Origin: a virus
DNA length: 64,000 bases
IMG/VR virus record: IMGVR_UViG_3300042934_000426
Location: 32,001-96,000 of that record
Reading direction: 5' to 3' (one strand)
The first letter of the stretch is position 1. Each line of letters starts with the position of its first letter. Under the pieces are notes generated by a model. That model was not told the DNA's origin, did not search any database, and saw only the letters and a list, made by a program, of their open reading frames with translations. Both the position numbers and the translations under genes were made by a program. Shown here in pieces: positions 48,202-57,427 of this stretch.

Positions 48202-49311
48202 TTATAGCGTGAAGTGTGAAGTGATTAAGAAATTATTGATAGGTAGAGTTGGTTTCCCTTCCCAATCAATAAGGAACGCTGTACCTGACTTAACAACTTT
48301 TACAGAATCTTGTACATAATCTGTAATCCAGCCGTTCTTCTTGTACTCTTCGATACGAGAAACAGCGTCGTTATAGATAGTGATTTCGATTCCTGGTACA
48401 CCCGCTTTACCTACGTGTTTGTTTTCCATCGTTTCACGCATATCTTGGCTCATGACGTCTTTTAACGTAGACACGGATAATTCACGCTCTGTTAAGTCCG
48501 TAGAAGACGATGTTGTAACACCTTGAACAACTCGAATTCCTCTACCTTTTACGATTTCAGCAACCGCGATACCAGCCACTAGTAAATCACCTAGGTCTGT
48601 CGGTTCATACTGCTTTTCTAAGCCAGCGAAGCTCACATAATCGTATGTGATAGGGTCTTGAGGGTTTTTGCCAGCCCATAAGCCCGCATAAGCTGAAGCA
48701 AGTTCAACCGAAGTCTTTAGTACCTTCGACCCGTCTGCTCCTGTTTCATACACGGCTGGTGAAGCTATCACAATACGTGAATCCGCAATAGCCGTCTTCA
48801 GTGTGATGATTTCTTCTTTCGTCTTCCCGCTTGCATGACCTACGAAGGCTCTGCGTTCTTTGCGGTTAGATGTACTTGAAGACGTCACCACATGTGTTTT
48901 CACCTTTGTTAAGATAGCTGTTTCGGTTGTAACCGCTACGATACCATCCACGAATTCCATGTTAAAGGCGTCAATCGCTTTTTGCCATTCTGCGTCGGTT
49001 GCGGGTGTTTGGGCTGTAGCCGTCTTCGATACAACGGAAACCGCGATTAAGTCCGCTCCATGGCTCCATGCGATTCTCATATTGTTGAGTAAATCGCCTT
49101 CGCCTAATTCTTCTGTTGCAAGCTTCGTTGTTTGTGAATTATACCAGCGCACTTCTGCTATACCTACATCGGTAATTGCTGTCGTCGTTACCCCTACGAA
49201 GCCTAACGCACGAAATGAACCTAATTGAGAAGGTGTCATATTGCTTGTGTCGACTGTAGAGTAAGAACCAGGACGTCTAATTTGTGCTCCACCAAACGCT
49301 ATTGTTGTCAT
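48202..49311 (-). CDS. tail sheath protein (compact, 369 aa)
   Basis: IRRPGSYS, IRVVQGVTT, ELSV, PTLPINNF; directly before the tube. Confidence 0.85.
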   Translation of the reverse strand: MTTIAFGGAQIRRPGSYSTVDTSNMTPSQLGSFRALGFVGVTTTAITDVGIAEVRWYNSQTTKLATEELGEGDLLNNMRIAWSHGADLIAVSVVSKTATAQTPATDAEWQKAIDAFNMEFVDGIVAVTTETAILTKVKTHVVTSSSTSNRKERRAFVGHASGKTKEEIITLKTAIADSRIVIASPAVYETGADGSKVLKTSVELASAYAGLWAGKNPQDPITYDYVSFAGLEKQYEPTDLGDLLVAGIAVAEIVKGRGIRVVQGVTTSSSTDLTERELSVSTLKDVMSQDMRETMENKHVGKAGVPGIEITIYNDAVSRIEEYKKNGWITDYVQDSVKVVKSGTAFLIDWEGKPTLPINNFLITSHFTL

Positions 49312-49329
49312 AATCGGTTTACCCCCTTA

Positions 49330-49566
49330 TTAATATGCTCGATTTGCTTGCGCTTCGAAGTCTCGTTTCCACTCGTCTTCGGAACGCTCCTGAAGACCTT
49401 TTTCAGCCTTCAACGCTTCGTATTTGAAGCTTGCTACCAGCCCAGGATTGACCTTAGCTTTCGCAATATATTTTTCGAAGCTGACCATTTCCGCTTCCGT
49501 AGCCTTCGCTTCCGAAGCTTGTAAGTCGACTTCTGTAGCTTTTAAATTACGCTTTTTTGTACTCAT
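49330..49566 (-). CDS. small hypothetical virion-module protein
   Basis: ORF with RBS. Confidence 0.55.
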   Translation of the reverse strand: MSTKKRNLKATEVDLQASEAKATEAEMVSFEKYIAKAKVNPGLVASFKYEALKAEKGLQERSEDEWKRDFEAQANRAY

Positions 49567-49578
49567 AGCGGTTTCCCC

Positions 49579-50121
49579 CTACCCTTTCATTCTAGTAGTC
49601 ACTGTCACAGCACTAATCGGTTCTACGGTAGATACGAAGGTCACATCCATCGGATTTAAGTAGCTCATTGTAATACTCGTCCAGTACAGCGCGGTATTCG
49701 CCTGTTGCATGGTGCTGTCTTGCTCGTCACGCCCGCTTCGAAGGGTGATATTGAGAAGCCCCTTTTCTACTAAACTAGGACGAATAGCAAAGAGTATCGC
49801 CTTCGTATGAAGACCTAATCTATCCCGCTCGTCTGCGTTGGTATGCCATACGCGGACTTCTAAGGATTCTTGAAAGAAGGTACCATAAAACGTTCGATAT
49901 TCCTTCATTTCTGCGTCGTAGAAATGCCCTTGTGCGTCCGCTAAACTCTGCTCGGATTCGTTGTCGTCTACTCGATTAATCCCAATACACGGCATTTCTG
50001 CTTGAGTAAGTGGGTCGGCTTTGATGACCTTTACGTTTCCAAAGTTAAACTTCGGAAGCTCTCTTTTTAACTGATTCACGATTTCGCTCTTTACGTCTAC
50101 GTGCTGGAAGGTAAAGCTCAT
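49579..50121 (-). CDS. putative tail terminator/neck protein
   Basis: MPCIGINR; position before the sheath. Confidence 0.55.
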   Translation of the reverse strand: MSFTFQHVDVKSEIVNQLKRELPKFNFGNVKVIKADPLTQAEMPCIGINRVDDNESEQSLADAQGHFYDAEMKEYRTFYGTFFQESLEVRVWHTNADERDRLGLHTKAILFAIRPSLVEKGLLNITLRSGRDEQDSTMQQANTALYWTSITMSYLNPMDVTFVSTVEPISAVTVTTRMKG

Positions 50122-50958
50122 TTAATCACCGCCTAATCCCATAAAGTATAAGTCCATTTCGAAGCCTTGCCTAATTAAGTGGAGCACTTCTTCCCTGGTG
50201 TTCTCGACGACGGCTTCCCTTATTGGGCGTGGTTTCACCCCTGGGTGTTGCCAGCTCGACGGGTCACTATTCGTCGATACTCTTCGGAAGGTTAGATATT
50301 GTGTGTGCCCAGCTTTTCCTACTCTTACCATACCCGAAAATTGTCCACTTTTCCACGTATATTTTTGTCCTGGATGTGGAGCGATATGACTTCGTTGTCC
50401 TTGCGAAGTTTCTTTCAATCGACCATTCCATACATATTTTCGTCCCGTGAAAAAGGCTTTTAATGCCCCGTTTCTTCGGCTGAAGCCTAGCTTATTAGCT
50501 TGCTGATAGACATTGACGGGCATAGCGGATAGCCCACTTGTTCCAGGTGTGCCGTGTCGGAAGGGCACCGTAATAAACTTACCTCCGTCTTTCATGGGCT
50601 TCGCCTTTGGGCTAGCGAGTAACCCAGGCTTCATATCGAAGGGTTTGATACCGTCTTCGATGGTGTTCCCATGCGGGGAAGTTGAAATAATTTCGCCTGT
50701 TAAGTCTTCGGGAAATCGAAGACCGTTTTCAATGCTTCGGATGTACTCACCTGTTACCACATTTATACGAAATGTGCCCCCTGAATAGGTGACGGTTGCC
50801 CCCGAAGCGTATTGAATCCAGGTTCTTTGCACGACGTCCACGGTAGCGGAACGAACCGCCTCCTTCGTATAGGGAAGCTCCCCTTTGCCCGCTCGTTCTA
50901 CCGCTTTTAAGACGTTATCAAGGCTCGGAAGGTCGGCACTAATAGTGATTAGGCTCAT
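50122..50958 (-). CDS. neck/tail completion protein
   Basis: IEDG..PFDMK, TFRRVS..S...W.HPG; position. Confidence 0.6.
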   Translation of the reverse strand: MSLITISADLPSLDNVLKAVERAGKGELPYTKEAVRSATVDVVQRTWIQYASGATVTYSGGTFRINVVTGEYIRSIENGLRFPEDLTGEIISTSPHGNTIEDGIKPFDMKPGLLASPKAKPMKDGGKFITVPFRHGTPGTSGLSAMPVNVYQQANKLGFSRRNGALKAFFTGRKYVWNGRLKETSQGQRSHIAPHPGQKYTWKSGQFSGMVRVGKAGHTQYLTFRRVSTNSDPSSWQHPGVKPRPIREAVVENTREEVLHLIRQGFEMDLYFMGLGGD

Positions 50959-51733
50959 TTACGAATAACCCCCCGCCTGGTGAGTTGGGCTTATTGTTTA
51001 AGCCCCATGCTCTTTGGCGTAGGACTACTTTCTTCGGAAGGTCTTGACCATCTTGGTATCGTTGTTCAGGTAGTTGGGTCAGCACCGTAAACGAAGGTCT
51101 ATGGGTGTAGAGCACACTATATTTTTCGCCTTCGGAAGGCTGATTCCCGTCTTCCTTCCATACAATCCGATTGCGTTCGACTTCGAAGTCCACGCCTTTA
51201 TCATACTCGTATACTTTGCCTTCTTCCAGGCTCGTTCTTCGAACCTTCCGCACTTCGGTAACATCTTCATTAATCAGCGTGTCTGCTAGTCTTCCGTACA
51301 TAGGAATACCCTTTTGAATGATTTCTGACGTTTTATACTCGTCGTCTAAGACGGTAATAATATCAAATTGACCCACTTCGAAGACAGGATTATCACGGGT
51401 ATACCTCAGCGTTTCCACTCCACTCGTATTCGTTGGGTTTGGGATGACCTCAAAAACCCGCTTCGGAACAACGAGAACAGCGTCCCCGATTTCGAATAAT
51501 CCCGCCATTTCCTCATACCCCTTCGAATGGGCAATACTCATAAGAAGGACTTTTTCTTCTTGTGGGTCTTCATAGGTGTAGCCTAGACCGTAGCAAGCGG
51601 GGCATGAGTAGGCGGGTTGACCACTATCCAGATTCCAGCATGAACACACAATGGCTTCCCGCCACCGCACGACACGTCCACGCCTGGCTATCATTTGTTC
51701 GTATTTATCCGCATGAAGCTTTACACTTGGCAT
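50939..51733 (-). CDS. head closure/neck protein
   Basis: W..A.VCSC...CPACYG.G motif typical of Herelleviridae-like neck proteins. Confidence 0.65.
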   Translation of the reverse strand: MPSVKLHADKYEQMIARRGRVVRWREAIVCSCWNLDSGQPAYSCPACYGLGYTYEDPQEEKVLLMSIAHSKGYEEMAGLFEIGDAVLVVPKRVFEVIPNPTNTSGVETLRYTRDNPVFEVGQFDIITVLDDEYKTSEIIQKGIPMYGRLADTLINEDVTEVRKVRRTSLEEGKVYEYDKGVDFEVERNRIVWKEDGNQPSEGEKYSVLYTHRPSFTVLTQLPEQRYQDGQDLPKKVVLRQRAWGLNNKPNSPGGGLFVNEPNHY

Positions 51734-51756
51734 TGGTTAGTCGCTCCCTTCTCTCT

Positions 51757-52638
51757 TTATAACCCCGTCATCGTGAAGCCACGGTAGACACTTCGGGCTG
51801 ACCCTTTTTTGAAGAAATTATCTACTTCGTCTTGAAGCTGTTTTTGATGTGCTCCGTACGTTGCTGACGTTGCCGAAGCTGTTGTGCTGAAGGATTCGCT
51901 TAGACCGTCTATCGAAGTCGATAGAGAAGCAACCCCCGCTAGTACTGCGTCACCCGCGATACCTAGGGTATCAATAGCGGACATTTTAGCGATTACATTT
52001 CGCACGTCATTAGGCACTTCATGGAGCGGAAAGCCCGCTTCGTAGTCCACATACCACATTTGCGGTAGCTGTGAGTTAATCCGTCCTGTGACGAAGGGAT
52101 AACCCGACTGTGACCCGCCCAACATAGCAAAGAGCGTAGGGTCGCCCGCATAAGGGACTAGGTGAAGCTGACCTTGTTCAGGATAGAGCTTAATCCACTG
52201 TTTAACCGTGTCCGAAGCGGTAAAATCCATAATGACCTGACCATTCGGAAGAACCAATTTTAAGCCGTTTAGCTTCTGTACAGGACGCTCCCGAAGCTGA
52301 AGGAATCCGTATTGCATGTAGTCACGGGCTGAATAGTCATAAGCTGGTTCAGCCTTATCGTAGTCTACTCCCTTCGTAAGTCCACGCTCTTCGGGATTCG
52401 TGACGATTTTCAACGGCTTTAGGAAAACCCCCAGGTGCTTTTCCATTTCGTCGATTGCCCCTAAAAGGAATTGAAGAATATCTTCGTCACTCATAGGAAT
52501 TCCCCGCTCATTGGTTAAGGGTAATCCATAACACCATCGATTTCGTACTTCCGAAGGCGTTGGAAGGTTCGTTGTGGATACAATCGTCTTCGAACCGTCC
52601 GCTTCGGTGACTTCTCGGTAGTAAGGTGTCACTAGCAT
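51757..52638 (-). CDS. head-tail adaptor
   Basis: VDYEAGF, GVASLSTSIDGLSES; position after the capsid. Confidence 0.7.
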   Translation of the reverse strand: MLVTPYYREVTEADGSKTIVSTTNLPTPSEVRNRWCYGLPLTNERGIPMSDEDILQFLLGAIDEMEKHLGVFLKPLKIVTNPEERGLTKGVDYDKAEPAYDYSARDYMQYGFLQLRERPVQKLNGLKLVLPNGQVIMDFTASDTVKQWIKLYPEQGQLHLVPYAGDPTLFAMLGGSQSGYPFVTGRINSQLPQMWYVDYEAGFPLHEVPNDVRNVIAKMSAIDTLGIAGDAVLAGVASLSTSIDGLSESFSTTASATSATYGAHQKQLQDEVDNFFKKGSARSVYRGFTMTGL

Positions 52639-52650
52639 AGAAGCACCCCC

Positions 52651-52923
52651 CTAGTATCCGTAGGCTACTACGGTGACTACGCCTGTCGCTTTGAATTTGT
52701 AAACCGTTAAAGGTATGGGTCTAGTGGTATTTGCTTTAATCGGAATAGCTGTTCCTTGGTGTCCTTGTTCGGGATAGTCATTGACTAAGAAATCGACTGC
52801 CGAAGCGGTGTCATTCGTCACTTCGATGTAACCGAAGTTCCCATGCTCGTCGATAATTTTCTCCGTATTCGCTGGAACATTAATAAATGCTTTAACTTTA
52901 CGTAAGCCTATCGGTGTCGCCAT
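52651..52923 (-). CDS. small beta-rich virion protein
   Basis: ORF in the head operon. Confidence 0.55.
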   Translation of the reverse strand: MATPIGLRKVKAFINVPANTEKIIDEHGNFGYIEVTNDTASAVDFLVNDYPEQGHQGTAIPIKANTTRPIPLTVYKFKATGVVTVVAYGY

Positions 52924-52935
52924 TTACGTCACCCC

Positions 52936-53199
52936 TTAGTTAGCCTTCGGTTTTGCTGGTGCTTTCTTCGGAAGAGCTTTTTTAGGCGCTTCAGGTACTT
53001 CAGGCGCTTCCTCTTCCTTATCATCGTCTTCGGAAGGGTCTGTGTACACCACTTCTTCATATCCTGGGATTTGAAGAAGGACTTCGATAACCTCTTCGTC
53101 TTCGATTTCCGCAATTCCTTCAGCATTAAATTCTACTTCTTTGGTTAATACGACTGTTGTGATAGGGTATTCCCCATACACTTTCTTAATTTGTTTCAT
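52936..53199 (-). CDS. small acidic protein after the capsid gene
   Basis: VEFNAEGIAEI; acidic then Lys-rich tail. Confidence 0.6.
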   Translation of the reverse strand: MKQIKKVYGEYPITTVVLTKEVEFNAEGIAEIEDEEVIEVLLQIPGYEEVVYTDPSEDDDKEEEAPEVPEAPKKALPKKAPAKPKAN

Positions 53200-53279
53200 C
53201 AGCTCTTTTCTCCCTTCGAATAATAAAATTTAAAAAGGGAGGCTAGAATCTAGCCCTAGCCCCCCTTCATGTTCAATTA

Positions 53280-54761
53280 TTAACGGTCTACTGCTTTCAC
53301 TGTTCCGAAGCTAGTTGCCCCATAAGAAGGGTTGAATAGCTCACGGTTTGAGTTGATTCCTAGTTTACCGATGTTCTTGATAACTACGCAACGACGTGGG
53401 TTGTACACTTGAACCATACCGTAAAGTAGAATCATGAAACGCTCTGAAGCGGAAATTCTAGCAAGTGGAAGCTTCATTAATGGAGCTAATTGCTTGAATG
53501 TTAATACGTTTTCAGAATCGTTATCGATTAATACGGCTGTGTCCGTTCCAGGAATATCGAAGTTACGGTCAGCGATTGTTTGCGTTGCACCCGCCTTAGC
53601 GTCAGCCACTTCGAAGGCGAATAATGCTTTCGTAGGGTCTGAAGTTACGCCACGGTACACTTTGTAAGACTTCGCTACAGGGTCGCTTGTTACGCGATTG
53701 ATAAGGATGTCTACACGTTGTCCAGCCGTTACCGCTACTGAGCCTAATGCCACAGGAGCAGATTCCCCAGCACTATTCTTCGCTGATACGAAGTAGAAGT
53801 ATGTGCTAGCTGTATGCTTCGCTGTAGTGTCCGCTACCGCTACTAATTGAGAAGCTGGGAATGTTGGAATTCCTGGTGCTCCTTTTTGAGATTGAGCTTT
53901 CGGTGCGCCTTGTGGCTTCAAGAAAATGTTATTCACGAAGTTAATATTCGCTGTATTAGCTGAATATCCACGAACAGGTGCCCCTAATGTCATGCCGTCT
54001 GTCGAAGGCATAGCAATACGTTGACGAGCATATAATAACTTCGAGAAGTCCTTATGTGCTTGGTTTGTAATGTGAAGGTCTAAGTTCGCATTACCATAGT
54101 TGTCCGCTACGATGGTCGCTACGTCTTCCAACGTGTTTTCATCTAACGTTTCGCCACGCATATCAATAATATGTTGGGTTTCGTAAGGCTTGCCCTTAAC
54201 GAAGTCTGTGATTTGTTTGATTACACCGTCAAACGCTAATGGGTCTACGCTTGAATCAGCGAAGTAAAGCATGCGCTCTAATTGCTGAAGCAACCATAAT
54301 GTACCATTTTGAGATTCACGGGCAACAATGTCACCCACTGTGTTACGCACTAGCGTAGCTGGGTGTGTTACTACTCTCGTAGTCCCTAGGAATTTCACCA
54401 TTTGGGATTGACGAATGTAGTTGCTGTCCTCTTCGTTCGGTAAACCGCCTTCCATGAAGAAAGGAGAAGAATCGCCACCGAAGCTGTCTAATACGTTGAA
54501 TTCTTCAACAGTATTGAACGCTTGTTTTTTGCCGATTGTCTTCCAAAACTTAATGTGTTGCTCGCCAGCCGTTACAATCTTTAAAGTCCCCTCTAAAGAT
54601 TGTGGACGAAGAGCGGACATATCATTGTATGCACCGTTGCCATAAGCTTCTCCGTCTTGCCCTGTACCTAGGGCTTTGTTTAATTCTTCAAGGTTCTGCC
54701 AGTTATCGACACCAAAGCCTTGAACGTCTTCTTGACCACCATTTGGTAAAAAGTTACTCAT
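53280..54761 (-). CDS. major capsid protein
   Basis: ELNKAL, ALRPQSLE, EGGLP, FDG, YFYFVSAKN..ESAP, PLMKLPLA, VIKNI (SPO1/Twort-like MCP). Confidence 0.93.
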   Translation of the reverse strand: MSNFLPNGGQEDVQGFGVDNWQNLEELNKALGTGQDGEAYGNGAYNDMSALRPQSLEGTLKIVTAGEQHIKFWKTIGKKQAFNTVEEFNVLDSFGGDSSPFFMEGGLPNEEDSNYIRQSQMVKFLGTTRVVTHPATLVRNTVGDIVARESQNGTLWLLQQLERMLYFADSSVDPLAFDGVIKQITDFVKGKPYETQHIIDMRGETLDENTLEDVATIVADNYGNANLDLHITNQAHKDFSKLLYARQRIAMPSTDGMTLGAPVRGYSANTANINFVNNIFLKPQGAPKAQSQKGAPGIPTFPASQLVAVADTTAKHTASTYFYFVSAKNSAGESAPVALGSVAVTAGQRVDILINRVTSDPVAKSYKVYRGVTSDPTKALFAFEVADAKAGATQTIADRNFDIPGTDTAVLIDNDSENVLTFKQLAPLMKLPLARISASERFMILLYGMVQVYNPRRCVVIKNIGKLGINSNRELFNPSYGATSFGTVKAVDR

Positions 54762-54790
54762 GCGTGTATACCCCCTTCTTGGATTGTCGG

Positions 54791-56404
54791 CTATAAGCCT
54801 AATTGTTGTCTAAGCGATTCAGGTAATCCTAGGCTCTGAAGCGGTGTGCCAGCTTCGAATCTAGCAATAGCAGAACCAGGGATTTCCCCTTTATCGAAGC
54901 TCTTCATCAGAATATTCCCGATTTGATTTCGATTTAAAGGTTGACCACCTGTTTCGATAGACTTCTGAAGTGTTTGCACTTCACGCCCGCTTACGACGCT
55001 TTTGCGTCCTACGGGACGGTTTAACACTTCGTTAAGTGACTTTTCAAGCGAATCAATGCGTTCCGCTTGCGCTTCGATAACCGCTAAGGACTTTTGCATA
55101 GCTTCACCGAAGGTTGCAAGTGACTTAACAATCGTGTTTTGTTGCTTCGTTACACTTCCCATCGACTTTTCGAATCCTTCTAAATAGAATCCGATTTCGT
55201 CTGTTAAAGAAGTGAGGAAGTCAGACACTTCGAACGCTTGACCGTGTTCTTCCGCTAATGACTTCGAAAGATTCGTGCGAAGGGATTTCTCGACTTCTTC
55301 GTCGTCCTCTCCGTCGCCTTCGTCCCCTTGGTCGTCATCGTCCTGGTCACCTTCGTCACCTTGGTCGTCGTCGTCCTGGTTACCTTCGTCATCGTCCTCA
55401 TTCATGGACTTTTCAAGGTCTTCGTCTTCTTCGTTTTCGAAGTCGTTTTCGTCCTCTTCATTGTCCATTTCAAGAGATTTTTGAAGCTCTTCTAAGTCTG
55501 TGTCTAACAAACTAGAAAGAGTATTCTTCACGTTTTCAGGCATACTAGCACCTCCTATAAATTTTTGAATGGATTTCAATATTGGTAGCTTTTCAGCTAT
55601 ATACGAAGCGAAGTCTTCCGCTTCATCATAATCCAGCCCTTTTGATAACGCACAATGTAAGGCTTCGATTTCTATGTCGTCAGCATAGCTGGTTACGAAT
55701 GATTTCTTTAGTAGCTCCTGTTTAACGAAGCTTCGAAATAGGTTTAACCAATCGTCTTGCGGGTCAGGTGTTTTCACACCGCCTTCGAGCGACTGTGGCG
55801 TGACGGCATGAATGGCTCCTATGTCCATAGACTTGTCCATTTCAGGCATATCAATCGTCAACTCATGGTGTTTAGCGAAGGACTTCGCTAGTTCAGCCCA
55901 TGTAGTTGTATTGACAGGATTCATCGTTAAAACAACGTTCCGAAGGACAGATTTCACAATCTTTCCTGTTTTACGGTCACGCTCTTTGACGTTTCCTTCG
56001 ATTGACCAGCCCATTGTACGCTTCGTATTCGACTTTTGAAGGTCTTCGATAGTCTTTACCGCTTGGCGGGTTAGTTCACGCTGGGCAAACAATCTCCCTT
56101 TTACGTGGATTCCGTTCACCGACTTTTTAATGGTCGGATGTTCGAAGCGTCCTACCTTCACTTCTAAAGGTTCACCGATAAACTGATTCGGGCTATTCCC
56201 ATGCTCGTATTTTATCCAGCCTTTTTCTAAGAAGTAGGAGCAATCCATCCCTTCGGGGCTTATGCTATCATCCTCTTCGTCTGTATCATCCGAAGACATC
56301 ACACCTTGTACGATGTAATCACCGTTTTCATCTACCTCGATAGACTTTTCGATGGGTACATAGAGATTATAGGTATCCGATAAGACGTTAAATGGTTCGC
56401 TCAT
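54791..56404 (-). CDS. prohead protease fused to acidic scaffold
   Basis: VQGVMS..D...D, IKYEH, IGEP, GWSIEG, VLTMNPVN; acidic repeats; many xxKS motifs. Confidence 0.88.
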   Translation of the reverse strand: MSEPFNVLSDTYNLYVPIEKSIEVDENGDYIVQGVMSSDDTDEEDDSISPEGMDCSYFLEKGWIKYEHGNSPNQFIGEPLEVKVGRFEHPTIKKSVNGIHVKGRLFAQRELTRQAVKTIEDLQKSNTKRTMGWSIEGNVKERDRKTGKIVKSVLRNVVLTMNPVNTTTWAELAKSFAKHHELTIDMPEMDKSMDIGAIHAVTPQSLEGGVKTPDPQDDWLNLFRSFVKQELLKKSFVTSYADDIEIEALHCALSKGLDYDEAEDFASYIAEKLPILKSIQKFIGGASMPENVKNTLSSLLDTDLEELQKSLEMDNEEDENDFENEEDEDLEKSMNEDDDEGNQDDDDQGDEGDQDDDDQGDEGDGEDDEEVEKSLRTNLSKSLAEEHGQAFEVSDFLTSLTDEIGFYLEGFEKSMGSVTKQQNTIVKSLATFGEAMQKSLAVIEAQAERIDSLEKSLNEVLNRPVGRKSVVSGREVQTLQKSIETGGQPLNRNQIGNILMKSFDKGEIPGSAIARFEAGTPLQSLGLPESLRQQLGL

Positions 56405-56433
56405 AATTTCACCTCACTTTATGGCTTCATATG

Positions 56434-56521
56434 AAACAAGGACAATCCACAATACACCCCTGGCTAGGTTAGAGCTGGTAGAAACCTTGGCTAGAGTGGT
56501 TATTGCGGACTGTCCTTGTTT
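56434..56521 (-). other. long RNA hairpin in the leader of the protease/capsid operon
   Basis: 21-bp outer stem AAACAAGGACAGUCCGCAAUA/UAUUGUGGAUUGUCCUUGUUU. Confidence 0.7.
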
Positions 56522-56607
56522 GATATGGACTTTGTTGCCCTTTTTTATTCACTTTTGATTACTTTTGTTCAACTACTTTCGAGTTTACCATTAACTTCCG
56601 AAGAGCG

Positions 56608-56823
56608 TCAACGGTCATTTTTCATATTTAAAACGTGCTTCGTCTTCGGGGGAGCTTCAGGCATAGACCCCAACTGTAACGGGACGGCTACCTTCGTTTT
56701 GCACGTTGGGCATAGGGCGTGTGCTTCTCCATTATGGAATAATACCATTCGGCTTCGTAGCTTGACGCCCCCATCAGTGGTAGAATCCATTAGTATCCTA
56801 TTACAACTTGGGCAATGTATCAT
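56608..56823 (-). CDS. zinc-ribbon protein (Mu Com-like)
   Basis: IHCPSCNRIL...CPTCK. Confidence 0.65.
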   Translation of the reverse strand: MIHCPSCNRILMDSTTDGGVKLRSRMVLFHNGEAHALCPTCKTKVAVPLQLGSMPEAPPKTKHVLNMKNDR

Positions 56824-56871
56824 AAAGCTCCCCCTTTCCTGATTATAACAGTAATTTTCTGACTTCGGAAG

Positions 56872-57147
56872 TTAGTTTTTACCGATAGACTTCGCGACCC
56901 TTTCCAGGTGTTCGTTCGTGTAGTTTACCCTTTGACACGATTTTATCAAGTTTTTCCATACTTGTCGAAGCTTTTCTTTTCGCTCGTCCCCGTGTAGACC
57001 AGCGTCGGAAAGCTGGTTTTGGTAGCTTTGTAAGTTGTTGACGAAGTAGGTGTAACAACTTTGAGCTTCGGAAGTGCTTTTTATCTCTTCCTGAAAGGAA
57101 TGTTCGTCGAAAAGAAAGCTCGTATTATTCACTGAATTTTCTGACAT
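56872..57147 (-). CDS. hypothetical protein
   Basis: ORF with RBS AGGGGG. Confidence 0.55.
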   Translation of the reverse strand: MSENSVNNTSFLFDEHSFQEEIKSTSEAQSCYTYFVNNLQSYQNQLSDAGLHGDERKEKLRQVWKNLIKSCQRVNYTNEHLERVAKSIGKN

Positions 57148-57182
57148 AATAAGAATAACCCCCTATATAAGAGATATTTTTC

Positions 57183-57376
57183 ATGGGAAACCTTCTATTA
57201 CGTACGAGTTGGTACGTAGTAATGGTGTCACAGAGGTTTTGATTTTCAAAAATTATTTTTTTATTTTTCTTCACCTGAAGGATAAAAATAAAAAATTTTT
57301 CTCTTAGACTTCGAACGTCTGCATGCCACTATTACGTATCAACTCGTACGTAATAGAGGGTTTCCCAAAATTTTTT
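57183..57376 (-). repeat. element B: inverted copy of element A
   Basis: Reverse complement of 57183-57263 nearly equals 26917-26998; sites at 57196-57221 and 57330-57355. Confidence 0.9.
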
Positions 57377-57378
57377 AA

Positions 57379-57407
57379 GAAAAAGAGGGCTAAAAACCCT
57401 CTTTTTC
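57379..57407. terminator. terminator after the giant gene
   Basis: AAAAAGAGGG/CCCTCTTTTT inverted repeat. Confidence 0.7.
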
Positions 57408-57427
57408 AGAATTGTTTCTTTATCTTA

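Noticed and set aside
52929-53126. 65-aa Lys-rich ORF
   Set aside because: Alternate frame of the 87-aa gene at 52936-53199
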